64,000 bases of DNA from Phoronis australis. Taxonomy: Eukaryota; Animalia; Phoronida. This document shows, piece by piece, positions 1 through 11,955 of the stretch; position 1 is the first letter of the stretch; each line of letters opens with the position of its first letter. The stretch is from contig NMRA01000050.1 of assembly GCA_002633005.1 (NCBI GenBank), positions 389,353 through 453,352 of the forward strand. Reading direction: 5' to 3'. The translations under genes were made by a program, and so were the position numbers. Below the pieces are notes generated by a model. It made no database searches. It worked only from the letters and a program-made list of their open reading frames with translations, and was not told the DNA's origin.

Positions 1-2447
1 GCTGCTAGCCTACCCGGCATCGGGTGAGTTTCCAAAAAGAAACACTTAGTTCCACTCAATAAAACTGTTATTCAGTGGGGTAACTGGTGGGGATAACATC
101 ACCGAACGATGTTGATAGAAACTGATTGCTAAAAACTTACCAAGTAATGTTGTGTAGTCTCCGAATGGAACTGCATAGTCCGAGCACACACGGGGCTTCA
201 GCATCCACACACTTTTTGTCAGTTAGTTGACCCTGTTGACCGTAATTGTCCACGAATATAGTAACCTTAGGTCTTTTGGGAATTTGTGGCCTCCTGTCGA
301 AGACTTGCACCAGGGAAATTAACAGTAATAAGGCTTAGCGCGACGACGTATTTTGATAAAAATTCCATCTTTTACCAGTTGTTTACATGCAGACAGCCAC
401 GCATGCGCAATTCAATCACCACGAGGAGAATTCTCCGAATAGCCCCATTGGTTAAGTATATAATAAGAAAGAAAATTAAGTATATAAAAAGTAGACCGGT
501 TCGTGAATTGCCTGGTTTACGTCCTTTATGAGTTCACGCTGTCCCAAATTGAATGCTTTCGTTTTTCTTTTCAGGTTGTCACTAGTCGATTCTTCTAACA
601 GTCGTGATCTGCCCAGTAGCCTATCGTATCAACAACGGTCTTGGCAGGGGGGTGCACCTAGCAGACTCCCTTAGAATTAATGGCACAAGATCGACGTTGG
701 TGTGCAGCAGGAGGCCGGGGGGGCTGCACGAAATTGGTGATGACCGTGGACGGCGCTAAACTGGTGACGACCAGAAGAAACGGCCCTGTTATCTTCTACG
801 CAGATTATCAAAATGTTAACGATTATAAGTTTCATTTCATCCACATTTCACAAGTCAGAGTTTTCACTGTGGTTAAAAACGTAAGCGAACCCAGATGTGT
901 TAGGTCACCTCAGTTGCATGAAGATGCACCAGTGTATCACTGAGTTAACATCAAGCGTTTCAAAGGCTGTGGATGAGAAAGGTTTTAATTGTGAAAAACG
1001 GTTGGGTGAATTTGATGTTGGTAGCATTTGAAATTGCATTCACTTTCTAGACAACGCCCTTGCATATACAATATGTTAGTTAATCGTGTCTTCAGCCGCG
1101 CAGCACTGTACTAGTCAACGCATTCCCATCGTTTGCAGTAGGCCTAAACATGAAGAACGACAGCGCTTCTTCAACAATTCAGACGACTACCAGGACAACG
1201 ACTGGGGATCACGAGTCGATGAGAAACTACTAATTTTACTATCATGATTGTCTTTGTAATCTATTTTAGGTAATTGTTCATTCGAAGTTTTCATGTTGAA
1301 ACTGAGCTTTCAGTTAATATGGAAATAAACGTGTCAGAGTTAACTTGCGTAACCAGCAGACAATGCATGGATACGCTTAAGAAACATATGTTCTCGTCAT
1401 TGCTCATCACTTTCTTCATTGAACTCGTTCCCACATCCATTACTGTTACAGTTAATGCAAAATTCATTAAAATTGAGAAAGCGCATGTTTTGATGGTCGG
1501 GAAACCTCTTTGTGCGTCGAATATGCAAGTCCAGCTTTTTATTGTGAAACCATGCGTTGACATCACAAACTCAACATTTTTTAATGAGAAAACGCATTTT
1601 TACAAAAGAGAATCAGTTGTCTGCAATGTTTCATGTGCGTCAGCAACGCAAACCAGACCCACTCAATGGAAAGCCCATATTTGTCACCAGGAAGACTCTT
1701 TTTTCACAACGCAGCCCGATATTTCAAGTGAGATAGCGCAGTTTTGAAAAGATTCCGTCACTTGCCGAGAATGGTTTTTGAGCATCGGCAATGCAAGCCG
1801 AATATTTCATATTGAGAAAGCGCAGCCCACATTTCTTATTGGGAAAGCCAGATTTTCAAAAATTAATCGCGCAGACCATTTGAGTCTCATTTACCTGCAA
1901 TTATACTGCTATCAAATGACCGAGCCAGCAATGTTGATACTACGACCACTCATCGAAATAATGTATACCCACGAAATTCGGACACTAGCGGAAACCCAAA
2001 TTTGGAGATCCGCCAAATTCGGACACCACAAAAATGATGTTTCGCGAGATTCGTCCAAGAATGAATTTTTTCTATCGGAATTAATTTTCAGTGTCCGAAA
2101 ATTGCACGACTTTACCGTATATGTATAATCATGTTTCTACCAATTGTAGTGTATTGTGTTCTCAGGAGGAATTTTGGCAAGAAAGAAGGCATCCGTATTC
2201 AACTTGCGTTGAATACGGAAAACCCATATTCAACGTGTGATGCATATGGAAAAGTAGTCCTTCCATATCAGACCTCACAATACGACCCGTGTTTCATGGC
2301 CATAATATCACGCGTATAGGATAAGATTAATTATCCTATACGCATGGTACACTGACAATTGGTTAAGTTTCAATTCAGAATTAAATTTTGGAGACTAGAC
2401 TTTGCGCCCTGATAAACACTGAGCTGATTCAAATTTCATGCTTCTTA

Positions 2448-2629
2448 TCAATTTCTGTCACAGTCAAAGTTACCTTTTGGCTCCAGTTGGGGTATTTTGA
2501 TTGGTTCAAAACCAGCCAATTGTAGCATCCCTCCAGTAATGTTATACAGTTCCTGCTGCAATTCCTTTTCCTGTGTTTCTGCAGAAGATGTGCTCTCTGA
2601 CAACTCCATGAAATATTTACCAGATACAC
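2448..2629 (-). CDS. SDR oxidoreductase, coding exon 6 (last, or penultimate if the donor at 2473 is used)
   Basis: GVSGKYFMELSESTSSAETQEKELQQELYNITGGMLQLAG..., the SGKYF...S....L...L C-terminal motif of RDH12-like SDRs. Acceptor ttgtag; stop at 2448 gives 325 aa in total; candidate donor AAG|gtaact at 2473. Confidence 0.85.
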
Positions 2630-2754
2630 CTACAAAGCACAACATTAAAAATGAAAGTAGGACACAAATTCTTCAAAATCTGATATCTGCGACTGTAAAT
2701 GTTGTCTAAAATTACACCAACATTTTTAAGAAAGCAAAATTCCTTTCAGGAAAT

Positions 2755-4430
2755 CAAAACAAGAGCAATACGAAGCGTTGAAATGCACCCACGACTGTAC
2801 CACAAATGGCGTGCTTCTAGGGGTGTTTATTAGTATCATAAAATTTTTATTAGACAGCACAGAACACACTGTACCCATCAAAAATGGGAAGGTGTTGTCG
2901 TCTCTCAAAGATAATCACCAAATTTCATGAAAATCAGTCTAAAAACTCCAAAGATACAAAGGCAATCATAAAAATACCATTAGGAACCAAAGTAGTAGTG
3001 GAATCCGCCCATCTGGAGTTAAGTTAATAGAAATATAATTGCAAAGTTTCAAAAACCTCTTGTAAGGGGTTTAGGAGATACAGCCGTAGCTGCAAAAAAT
3101 GTCACTAGGGGCCCCACACTAGTTGGACCCATCTGAAAATCCACGTCAGTCATGATCTAGTCATTAAGAACACGTCTGCCAAGTTTTATAATGATCTTCT
3201 CCGTGGTTTGGCAGATACAGAAGTAGACAACAAAAACCAGATTAAAAAATAATTATAATGTCACTAGTTGGTACAGAATACGTCAAATCCATCACAAAAT
3301 AGAAAGGTGCAGTCGTCTTTATAAAAGAAACTTGTTTGCTAAATTTCATGAAAAAGCACAAAGGAACTCCTAAGTCATTACAGAAGCAAATGTAAAAAAT
3401 ACAAGAGCATCGCGGAGCGTTGAAATGCGCCCACGAATGCATTGCAAATGGTGTGCTTTTAGGGTTGTAATCATAAAAATGGAAACTAGATGGCACAAAA
3501 ACATACAATCCATCCAAAAACAGGAACATGCCATATTTCATAAAAATCTGTTAAGGAACTTCAGAGAAACAAAGGAAAACAGAATAAAATGAAATTGCCA
3601 CTAGTGGGCACAGAGTCCATTGGATCCGCCTGAAAGTCGTCGTCGTCTGTTGTTATCTTCATATAGAATACACTTACTAAATTTAGTAAAGATCCTGCAG
3701 TGGGTTTAAAAGATACAACTATGGGCGCAAAACAAAACTACCACTAGGTGGCGCCACAGTAATCAGTCACCATCATCAAAGGTCATCTTAGCACTGAGAA
3801 CATATATGCCAATTTTCAAATGATTTGGTTGATACAGGGATGGACACCAAAAATAAGATTTGAAAACAGCAAAAGTGGCCACCAGGTGGTGCAAACTACC
3901 TCGATTCCATCCAAAAACAGGCATATAGCATCACACCAATAGATGCCTATATTTAAAATTTTATGAAAATCTGTTGAGGACCTTTGAAGATACTGAGTTA
4001 AACGTAAAAAACTAAAATTGACACTAGGGGGCACAGTAGTAGTCAGATCTGTCTGAAAGTCGTCGTCATCCATAGTCAACATCACATAAATACACTTGCT
4101 AAATTAAGTAAAGATCCTACGAACGGTTTAGGAGATACAGCCATAAGCGCAACAAAAACAAAACTGCCACTAGGAGGCGCCACGGTAGTCGAAATCATCG
4201 GAAAATCATCGTCAACCGTCCTCTTCATAGTAAGCCCAAACATGCCAATTTTCACAATCATCCTTTGCGCGGTTTGGTTGATAGAGGGGTGGACGCAAAA
4301 AACAAACTCGAAAACAGTAAAAATGGCCACTAGGTGGTGCGAAATACGTCGAATCCATCTGAAAACGTGAGGATAGCGTCATCTCACTAATAGGTGCCTA
4401 CATACCAAATTTCATGAAAATCCGTTCAGC
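2755..4430 (+). mobile_element. Non-autonomous Helentron/HINE-like repeat with internal ~140-160 bp degenerate tandem array (copy A, two heads)
   Basis: Head acaagagc...gcgttgaaatgc(a/g)cccacga at ~2758 and ~3400. Repeated units with aaatttcatgaaaatc, ggtttaggagatacag and ccactaggtggcgc. Same family at 15850 and 43560. Confidence 0.6.
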
Positions 4431-4650
4431 TGCCAAGACCATCATTGGTACAGCCAGTTTTAAAAATGACGGCTTGGATGGCACAGGCAAGAGAGAAAAT
4501 GATGGCCTGTTTCAGGACAACCTTGGCAATAACGATGGCTTAATGAAGAATATTAACATATGGTGAATTTTATTAGAACCTACAATTTGTTGTTTTAGTA
4601 AATAAACACTCAGACACAAATGGAGATCACAGGCTATTAACATCAATTTT

Positions 4651-4869
4651 TACCATAAATGTGGCACTCACCATCTACAGCCATGCTTACCATAAATGTG
4701 GCACTGACCATCTGCAGCCTTGCTTACCATAAATGTGCCACTGACCATCTACAGCCATGCTTACCATAAATGTGCCACTGACCATCTACAGCCATGCTTA
4801 CCATAAATGTGCCACTGACCATCTACAGCCATGCGTACCATAAATGTGGCACTGACCATCTACAGCCAC
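4651..4869. repeat. 37-bp minisatellite, ~6 copies
   Basis: Unit taccataaatgtg(g/c)cactgaccatctacagccatgct at 4651, 4688, 4725, 4762, 4799 and 4836. Confidence 0.95.
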
Positions 4870-5001
4870 GTTTCTCGAAGAAATACCACCCAGTCCTGTG
4901 ATGTCCTATGGAATCTCAGCACATGGTGAGCATCAATCTCTTGAATTGGGACACCCACTTTTTAAATACTAGATGTTGGCCACACTGAACCATCTACTCA
5001 C

Positions 5002-5163
5002 CACACAAGTCATCATTACAGGCTAGATTGACAACAGATTTTGCTGCTTTGTGGACAGTCTGCGACAAATGCATGAAACGAAGGGCGCGGTGAACGAACC
5101 ACTTGGCAAATGCTTTCTGTGGTTTGCTGCCCTCCCGGTTCAAATTTGTGGTTGGCGTGAATC
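5002..5163 (-). CDS. SDR oxidoreductase, coding exon 5
   Basis: GFTPTTNLNREGSKPQKAFAKWFVHRALRFMHLSQTVHKAAKSVVNLACNDDLC. Acceptor ttccag, donor G|gtgagt; 162 nt, phase 1 to 1. Confidence 0.9.
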
Positions 5164-5993
5164 CTGGAAGTGCACCAGTAGACAGAAGATAACATGTGAT
5201 AATGAGGGTCAGTGAAAACATGGAATTTATTCGAATCAATGCCACATTCAACTACTTAAACCTATTACTTTTCTACATTACTCAGCTACTCAAAAATGAA
5301 ACCACATGATCAAATCTGTGAATCAATGTACATTTAGTATGACATACATGTTGGTATTTCTTTACAGACTCAAACATGCTAACAAGACCTCAAACCTAAT
5401 GTGCTCCATATATATAGTAAGGCAACACCGCAAAAAGCACTGTCGGGCTATAACCAATATTCAACATAGCACATATATGGCATTTTGTGGACTGTACTAT
5501 AACTACTTTGAGTAATGACTTTTGACTTCTAACGCAAACAGCATGTAAGTGTAAATGTTCAAATATCATCATCAGTGACATGTTGCATAAAGCAGTCCCA
5601 AAAAGAACTTGGCCATGTCCTTAACACTTATTGTCCTTTCTTAATACGCTGTTTGATTTTCATTACCAAAGTCTATTTTTGCTTTTGATACACACGAAGA
5701 GTGAACTCTCAATACAGCATTATTGAAAATAAATTAATACATAATTAAGGATCTTTTCAGTTAACACCCTTAATTTAAAGACTAAATCCTATTAATATTC
5801 GTTAAAATAAGATCCAAAGAAAAGCTTGTAATAAAGATAAAATGATGGAAAAACATATTTTTGAGCAAACGAAGGCGCAAACGTGCAAAAGAATTAGGGT
5901 ACAAATAGTTCACCAAAGAACTATTTTAAACAGAGATTGCAAAATTTATGTGGTAAAGTAATGAAAAAATATGAAAGCGCTCTGAGGAGCGAA

Positions 5994-6335
5994 ACTTGGC
6001 GAAATTAACCAAAAAAAAAAAAACGTTCGAGAGGACGAGAAAAGACGACGACAGAGATGATGACGAAGATGACAGCTATGACGACGATGGTGGCGATGAT
6101 GGACAACCCTAGTTATGATATCATTCATATAACGAACGTAGAGGTCAGAAATCACTAAGAAATAGGCTACAGTCTTGAGCGACACTTGGCGAAATTAACT
6201 GAAGAAAAGACGAAGTCGGAGATGATGATGAAGATGACGAATATGATGATGGTGGTGGCCATGATGAAGAACATCATAACATTCATATGACGAATTTAGA
6301 TGTCATAAATCATTAAGAAATAGGCTGCAGTCTAG
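5994..6335. repeat. Degenerate ~190-bp tandem duplication with (GAT/GAC)n core
   Basis: acttggcgaaattaac at 5994 and 6184, each followed by a gatgatgac tract and aaatca(c/t)taagaaataggct(a/g)cagtct. Confidence 0.8.
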
Positions 6336-6364
6336 TTCAATAGAAGCTAAACCAACCTGAATGC

Positions 6365-6960
6365 AGCAAGAGCGCTCAACAAAGGAGCAGCGTTATCACA
6401 AAATCTCNNNNNNNNNNNNNNNNNNNNNNNNNNNNNNNNNNNNNNNNNNNNNNNNNNNNNNNNNNNNNNNNNNNNNNNNNNNNNNNNNNNNNNNNNNNNN
6501 NNNNNNNNNNNNNNNNNNNNNNNNNNNNNNNNNNNNNNNNNNNNNNNNNNNNNNNNNNNNNNNNNNNNNNNNNNNNNNNNNNNNNNNNNNNNNNNNNNNN
6601 NNNNNNNNNNNNNNNNNNNNNNNNNNNNNNATCGGAAGTAAACAATTTCCGGTATACTTGTAGCAAACTTCCGGTCCATTTACTGTGCCGATTCCTAGTC
6701 TTTTACGTAAAAAATTGTAGCCTCCAGAAGCATTTGAACCTTTAAATGGAAACAAAATGGCCGCCACAGCCGCCATCTTGGATCCGATTTTGACGAAAAA
6801 CAATAGGCTTCCAGTACTTCCGGAAGTACGTGTTATGTGTAAATTTCGTGATGATCGGATGAAAATTGCGACCTGTATCGTGCGAACAAACAAAAAAAAA
6901 AAAAAACAAACTTAGTGTCAGAGCAATATACTTGCCGAAATTTATTTCGCCAAGTAATTA
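6365..6960 (+). mobile_element. HINE/Helentron-like non-autonomous element spanning the gap
   Basis: caagagcgctc head before the gap. After it, aaaatggccgcc...gccatcttgga, aaatttcgtgatgatcgg, an (A/ACAA)n tract and a 3' hairpin tacttgccgaaa-ttta-tttcgccaagta (6929-6956). Confidence 0.6.
6408..6630. other. Assembly gap (223 N)
   Basis: Run of N. Confidence 1.
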
Positions 6961-7044
6961 GCTTTAATGATTATTTGGCATTAATGTTGATGCCCGATAT
7001 TACAAGAATAAGCTTTTTAGGTCTGAAAATACCCTGGTAACAAA

Positions 7045-7295
7045 AGGAGACAACTCTGACTAGACATCAGTAAGATACTACATGCTAGTAAATGAGTGAA
7101 TTGGTAGAAAACTACAAGAGATTGTCCAGGAGACAACTCTGACTAGACATCAGTAAGATACTACATGCTAGTAAATGGGTGAATTGGTAGAAAACTACAA
7201 GAGATTGTCCAGGAGACAACTCTGACTAGATATCAGTAAGATACTACACGCTAGTAAATGAGTGAATTGGTAGAAAACTACAAGAGATTGTCCAG
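7045..7295. repeat. 83-bp tandem repeat, 3 near-identical copies
   Basis: aggagacaactctgactaga... starts at 7045, 7128 and 7211. Confidence 0.95.
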
Positions 7296-7360
7296 ATTAA
7301 ATCTGCTCCGCAATATCACCAATTGTATCAGCACAACTGACCACTACTTTGCATTATCAC

Positions 7361-7522
7361 CTGGGCAGACACTGTTGACTGTGACTCCTGTACCAGCAAG
7401 CAGGGCCGAGAGATGATACCCCATCATAACCAGGGCAGCCTTGGAGTTCTTGTATGCCTGAAGACCCGAGTAACTACCATCTTCATGTAGTAGCAAGTTG
7501 TCCATATCCAGGGGTGCAACAG
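7361..7522 (-). CDS. SDR oxidoreductase, coding exon 4 (catalytic YxxxK)
   Basis: AVAPLDMDNLLLHEDGSYSGLQAYKNSKAALVMMGYHLSALLAGTGVTVNSVCP(G), with catalytic YKNSK and NxxxPG. Acceptor tcacag, donor G|gtgata; 162 nt. Confidence 0.93.
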
Positions 7523-8369
7523 CTGTGAGAAATACACGGACCAGTTTAAATCCAACGAAACGAGTGTGAGATCATACAAATCATCTTGGTTTTTGGCCAA
7601 AGTAGCGGTAGAAAACTGAGAATGATTGCTGATAACATGTTGAAACTGCACGTATACAATGTCCAACACTGCAAGGTAAATCAACCCATCATCATCATTG
7701 GAATAAAAAACCACAAAAAACATCTGAAACCGCCTAACATTAGTAAATACACACCTTGATGGACTGATTTTCCATTGTGTATTATGTAAAAACAATGTTA
7801 TCAAAAACTTTCTCAGTTTTATACAACTTGTGTGCTTACTTACGGAGAAAGTTGTCGTTTGAAACAACACTTGTTCAGTAGAGCTGGTCATTTACACGAC
7901 ATTAGATGGCAAACTGGATCAGCATGAGTCACCTACACGAACACTGTCTGGGTATGCTCACATAAACAATTGTGAACGTCCAAACAACATGGAATGCCAG
8001 GGGTAACCCATATATGTATGCTACTCCACAAGCGTAACAGAAATGATCTATTTCGCCTTGCCCAAGTTTGTGTTTATACGACGCATAGTTGACATTGGAG
8101 CAAATGATCTAGTGAAACTTGCTCTACCTCTCATATCAGTGTCAAAAATGAACGCCATGTTGACACACATTCTTGCGTCCAATCATCTGTTCTGTTAGCT
8201 GCTCCGTGTCAACTGCACTCAGTGTAAATGCAGCTTAAGAAATGAGTTTTGCTCAGTGGCACAGCTCGCTAAAAATAGCCAGCTTGAATTATGTTACGGA
8301 AAAGCAAGCGTGTTCAAGCTTGTACCGCAATGATTACCAAGAGGCAGAGTTTTCCAAACTTGGTAATGG

Positions 8370-8497
8370 ATGTTTGTAAGTAAAATCAACTTATTCGTTG
8401 ACCGTGGAATTGGAAGTTCAAATGTTTCGAACTGTGCTCTACGTTCGAACTTCCAATTCTACGGTCTACGAGTAAGTTGATTTCACTTACAAACATA
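8370..8497. repeat. Palindrome with ~50-bp arms (fold-back MITE remnant)
   Basis: atgtttgtaagtaaaatcaacttattcgttgaccgtggaattggaagttc pairs with gaacttccaattctacggtctacgagtaagttgatttcacttacaaacat. Confidence 0.9.
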
Positions 8498-8636
8498 CCT
8501 TCACAGAGATCATGAAAAACCTCTTTTCAATCATTGGTAATGGATGTTGAAATTGAGACTGTTTCAACAAACTCATCCCACATTCTTTGACAAGTATAAG
8601 TAATCTTACCCATTACTTCTAACTCACTAACAGATA

Positions 8637-8880
8637 GTATGGCAAAAATTCTTCAATTTGGAACACAAATAATTGCTAAAATTGCCATTTTTCTATTCTT
8701 CAAAGGATTGCCACATTGTTGGAAATGCGCAAAATTTTATCAAATGTTGTTTCACTGTTAATAGCTACACCATGCAAGCCACTGGTAAGAGTAATTTTTT
8801 GTTGATACATTTGACATTGAAAGTGAAATTTCACCTGTCTGCCATATTGTGTCCCAAACTGAAGAATATTTCCCATAATT
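8637..8880. mobile_element. Degenerate MITE with ~40-bp imperfect TIRs
   Basis: tatggcaaaaattcttcaatttggaacacaa versus ttgtgtcccaaactgaagaatatttcccata. Confidence 0.5.
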
Positions 8881-8998
8881 AAGGAAGCAAGGACTTCTAA
8901 AGCTTGCAGCTGAGCATCAATTATGGAGATACACAACTTAGGTTAAAACAGTTTGGTAAAATTTAGCTACTTGTAGACAAAGTACTATTTTTACATAC

Positions 8999-9127
8999 CA
9001 AGTCGTCTGTTGAGCACCTTCTCTGGGTCATGAATACGGGAAGTGATAAGCACAATACGAGAGTCATGTGAATTGGCTCCAGTCTTCTTCAGATCTTCCA
9101 ACAGCAAATGGGTCAACAGGAAATGAC
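8999..9127 (-). CDS. SDR oxidoreductase, coding exon 3
   Basis: GHFLLTHLLLEDLKKTGANSHDSRIVLITSRIHDPEKVLNRRL, with the GHFLLT motif and catalytic Ser region. Acceptor atttag, donor G|gtatgt; 129 nt, phase 1 to 1. Absent from the ORF track. Confidence 0.93.
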
Positions 9128-9641
9128 CTAAATAGGACCGTGTTGATGAGCTGGTTAGTGAGAAGATCAGCCTGTACTTTCATATGGCAGAAAAAGGGCA
9201 TTGGCGATCAAGACAATGAAATCTGTTTTGTAGAATTAGTTAATAAAAATAATAAGAGGGACAATACCATCTCATGGTCTACCCACTGCTGCAACTATAA
9301 TATCACAGTGTTTAATGCAGTTAACACATGGAAACCATTTCTCGATAATTAGTGTGATTACATTCTAATAAGTCTATATATTGTTGTAAATCTTTCAAAC
9401 TGAAGTTGTACAGTTGCTTGCCAGACTCCAGGAACAGAGTGTAGCCAGACCTGCAGTTCAGTTTTGTGGTTTTAGACACCCATGCGATGAGCACATATGA
9501 TATGAACATCCAACTTTATGGTCAGGAATTAGGCTATAGCTCCAAGTTAGTTAAACTTGGAAATTTCAATAGTGATCAGGTATTTATTTTCTTAATTTAA
9601 GTATTGAAGCCATATGTGTAGTCTTATCTCTTTAGCTTTAC

Positions 9642-9804
9642 CAAAGTAATTAGTAGCCATCACTATCTCCAGTCCATCTTGGCTAGACTGTCTCTCTTTG
9701 GGACCCATTATGCCTGCGTTGCAGATTAGAACATGAAGCTTTTTCCCACTGTCATGGAAACGATCAACAAACGTTTCTATGGAATCCCTGCTGGCCAAAT
9801 CCAA
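9642..9804 (-). CDS. SDR oxidoreductase, coding exon 2
   Basis: LDLASRDSIETFVDRFHDSGKKLHVLICNAGIMGPKERQSSQDGLEIVMATNYF(G), with the LDL and NAG motifs. Acceptor ttctag, donor G|gtaaag; 163 nt, phase 0 to 1. Confidence 0.93.
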
Positions 9805-11895
9805 CTAGAAATATATACAAGGCAATGGTGTTTACAATACATAATCCCGCATACCATATGTCTTTACATGTGTTGAGGAACAACTGCCTAGATGCAATAA
9901 CTCTTGTCCGAACCAAGTGCCAAAATGTTTAAAACAACATTTCAGGGACGTCTGTCATATCAGTAACAAATGGAAGATATTAGCATGACTATTAACACTG
10001 CAATTAATAAATGAAATGAAAAAATGCAATAATCAGACAAATAATACAAAAAGTAAAAAGTTCAAGGCATGCATAATATAAGAAATAGTCATGTGTCACT
10101 AAGTGACTTAAATCAAAGACATTTATCTGCTCCACAGAGCTGCCATGATATGATGAGCCATAAACTGGGAAAATGTAGTTATTGTTATGACCATCTGCTG
10201 ACGAGACAGTGTGGCCTGGTTGATAAGTGCCCGTTTTCTTTACTAGAGGTCATGGGTTGTGCTTTTTCTCCTCCGTTTCAAAGGGTCACACTGCTAAACC
10301 CTTGAGCCAGGTTTCTAGCTCCTCAGCTCAGTTTTAACCATATATTAATAAAGCATAAAAATATTTCCAGGTGATCAGTGCAATGGGCCCACATGCGAGG
10401 CCTGCGCACGTCTGGTACAACGTGTCTCAGACCGCCTGCAATTATTTTATATGTTATATGACCATCTGCTTCATATTGTGCTAACAGCCCACTCAGTCTT
10501 CATACACAACAAGACTACCTTTGGAGATCAGTTGATTCTATGAGTTTGTGAGCAGAGGTTTACAGGTAGAGGCTACAAGTAATCAGGCAAAATACCAGTT
10601 CCCTATCATGAGCCGCCATGACAGGTCATTCTAGCTACTCTCGTGTTAAATTCCACCATCAATCATCCATTATGGTGGAAAATTACACTCACACTCAGCC
10701 ATAAAGATGGGGAATTTTGTCGGATTGTTTTGGCACGAATTGTAAGTAATTATACAGATCCAAGTTTAATACACCGGCAGCCCAGAGCACTTAGCATAGA
10801 TGAACGAGGCACCAACATCTGACCATAGCAGCACTTAAGAGTCCATCTCAGTATGTATAGAAATGGATGTCTGTCCATGTCTGCACTCTGGGTGTGACCC
10901 CTGGGGACCTTACAAGGGGGCCAAAAAACGAGATAGACTGGATATTCGAGGTACCGGCCAAAACTGATTTAAAACAGACAATAGGACCACACTGAACACC
11001 AAAAGATCCATGACAGACAAATAGCATTATGGGTCGGAAAGAAACCGAAAAAGTACCCCAAAAATGAGCTAGCTGATACATTTATGGTACCGCAAAAAAA
11101 AACAATTCCATGTGATTCAATATTTAACTACATGTCACTACATGCCCCATGACAGACAAAATACAATCAGGGTTGTGCCCGCCAGAAACCAGAAAAAATG
11201 TCAATCACTTTGCCATTGAAAATGTGAGCTAGATTAGATATTCGAATAACGACTTTCTAACACTGCTCTGTGGTGGTAGAATGTTACAACTATTATTGTT
11301 GATGACGTGCATCATTATTGTCATTGGTTCGTGAGTTTCATTTAATTATCACGCAGCTTATTTTCTTTATAGGTAGCAGTACATCTTTCGCTGCCGTGAT
11401 TTGGTTTCTTTTGGTAAGCGGGTTCTTTCCAGTGGTTACAACAGCATTTGCATAGTCGAATAGTAGCACGACCGGCCAGCTATTATTACGTATTAGCATC
11501 TGTATGTTACGCGGGTTTTGGTGACTAGTCTCTCACGAGTTTACCGGCAATCATTGACAAGATCTGTAACGAGAATCATGTGTTTTCCTCGAATGCTGGA
11601 ATTTTTAGATTAATCACAGACTGTCGGCCAAACTGTTGTAAGTACTGAGTATTATGGCATAGCATGTTGTACTCGTGTGTATCTACTAGCTACGTTTAGA
11701 GCGTATATAGTTGTTGTTTAACGTATTGTTTCATTCAGTTGCTTGTTTGGGGTATATGTTGCGTGGTACCCGGTTCACAGGATAAATAGCTACGGGTTGC
11801 AGTTAGAGTGAGCAGGACTTTATTCACACTTTTGAGTGCAAAATGTTTGACTGTGTAATTCCATTGTACATCATCTACCATTGAAAGAAAGGGGC

Positions 11896-11955
11896 GTCTT
11901 AAGTTGCACAGTCCTGTCTTAAGTTGCACAGTCCTGTCTTAAGTTGCACAGTCCT
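11896..11955. repeat. 20-bp tandem repeat x3 inside the left Academ TIR
   Basis: gtcttaagttgcacagtcct three times. Confidence 0.9.

Noticed and set aside
6347-6893. ORFs spanning the N run
   Set aside because: Artefacts of the assembly gap; the flanks are repeat sequence.
4651-7295. 37-bp and 83-bp repeats as CRISPR arrays
   Set aside because: Units are head-to-tail with no unique spacers, there are no cas genes, and the context is a eukaryotic intron.
7424-7891. 155-aa minus-strand ORF
   Set aside because: Overlaps true SDR exon 4 in a different frame; the rest is intron.
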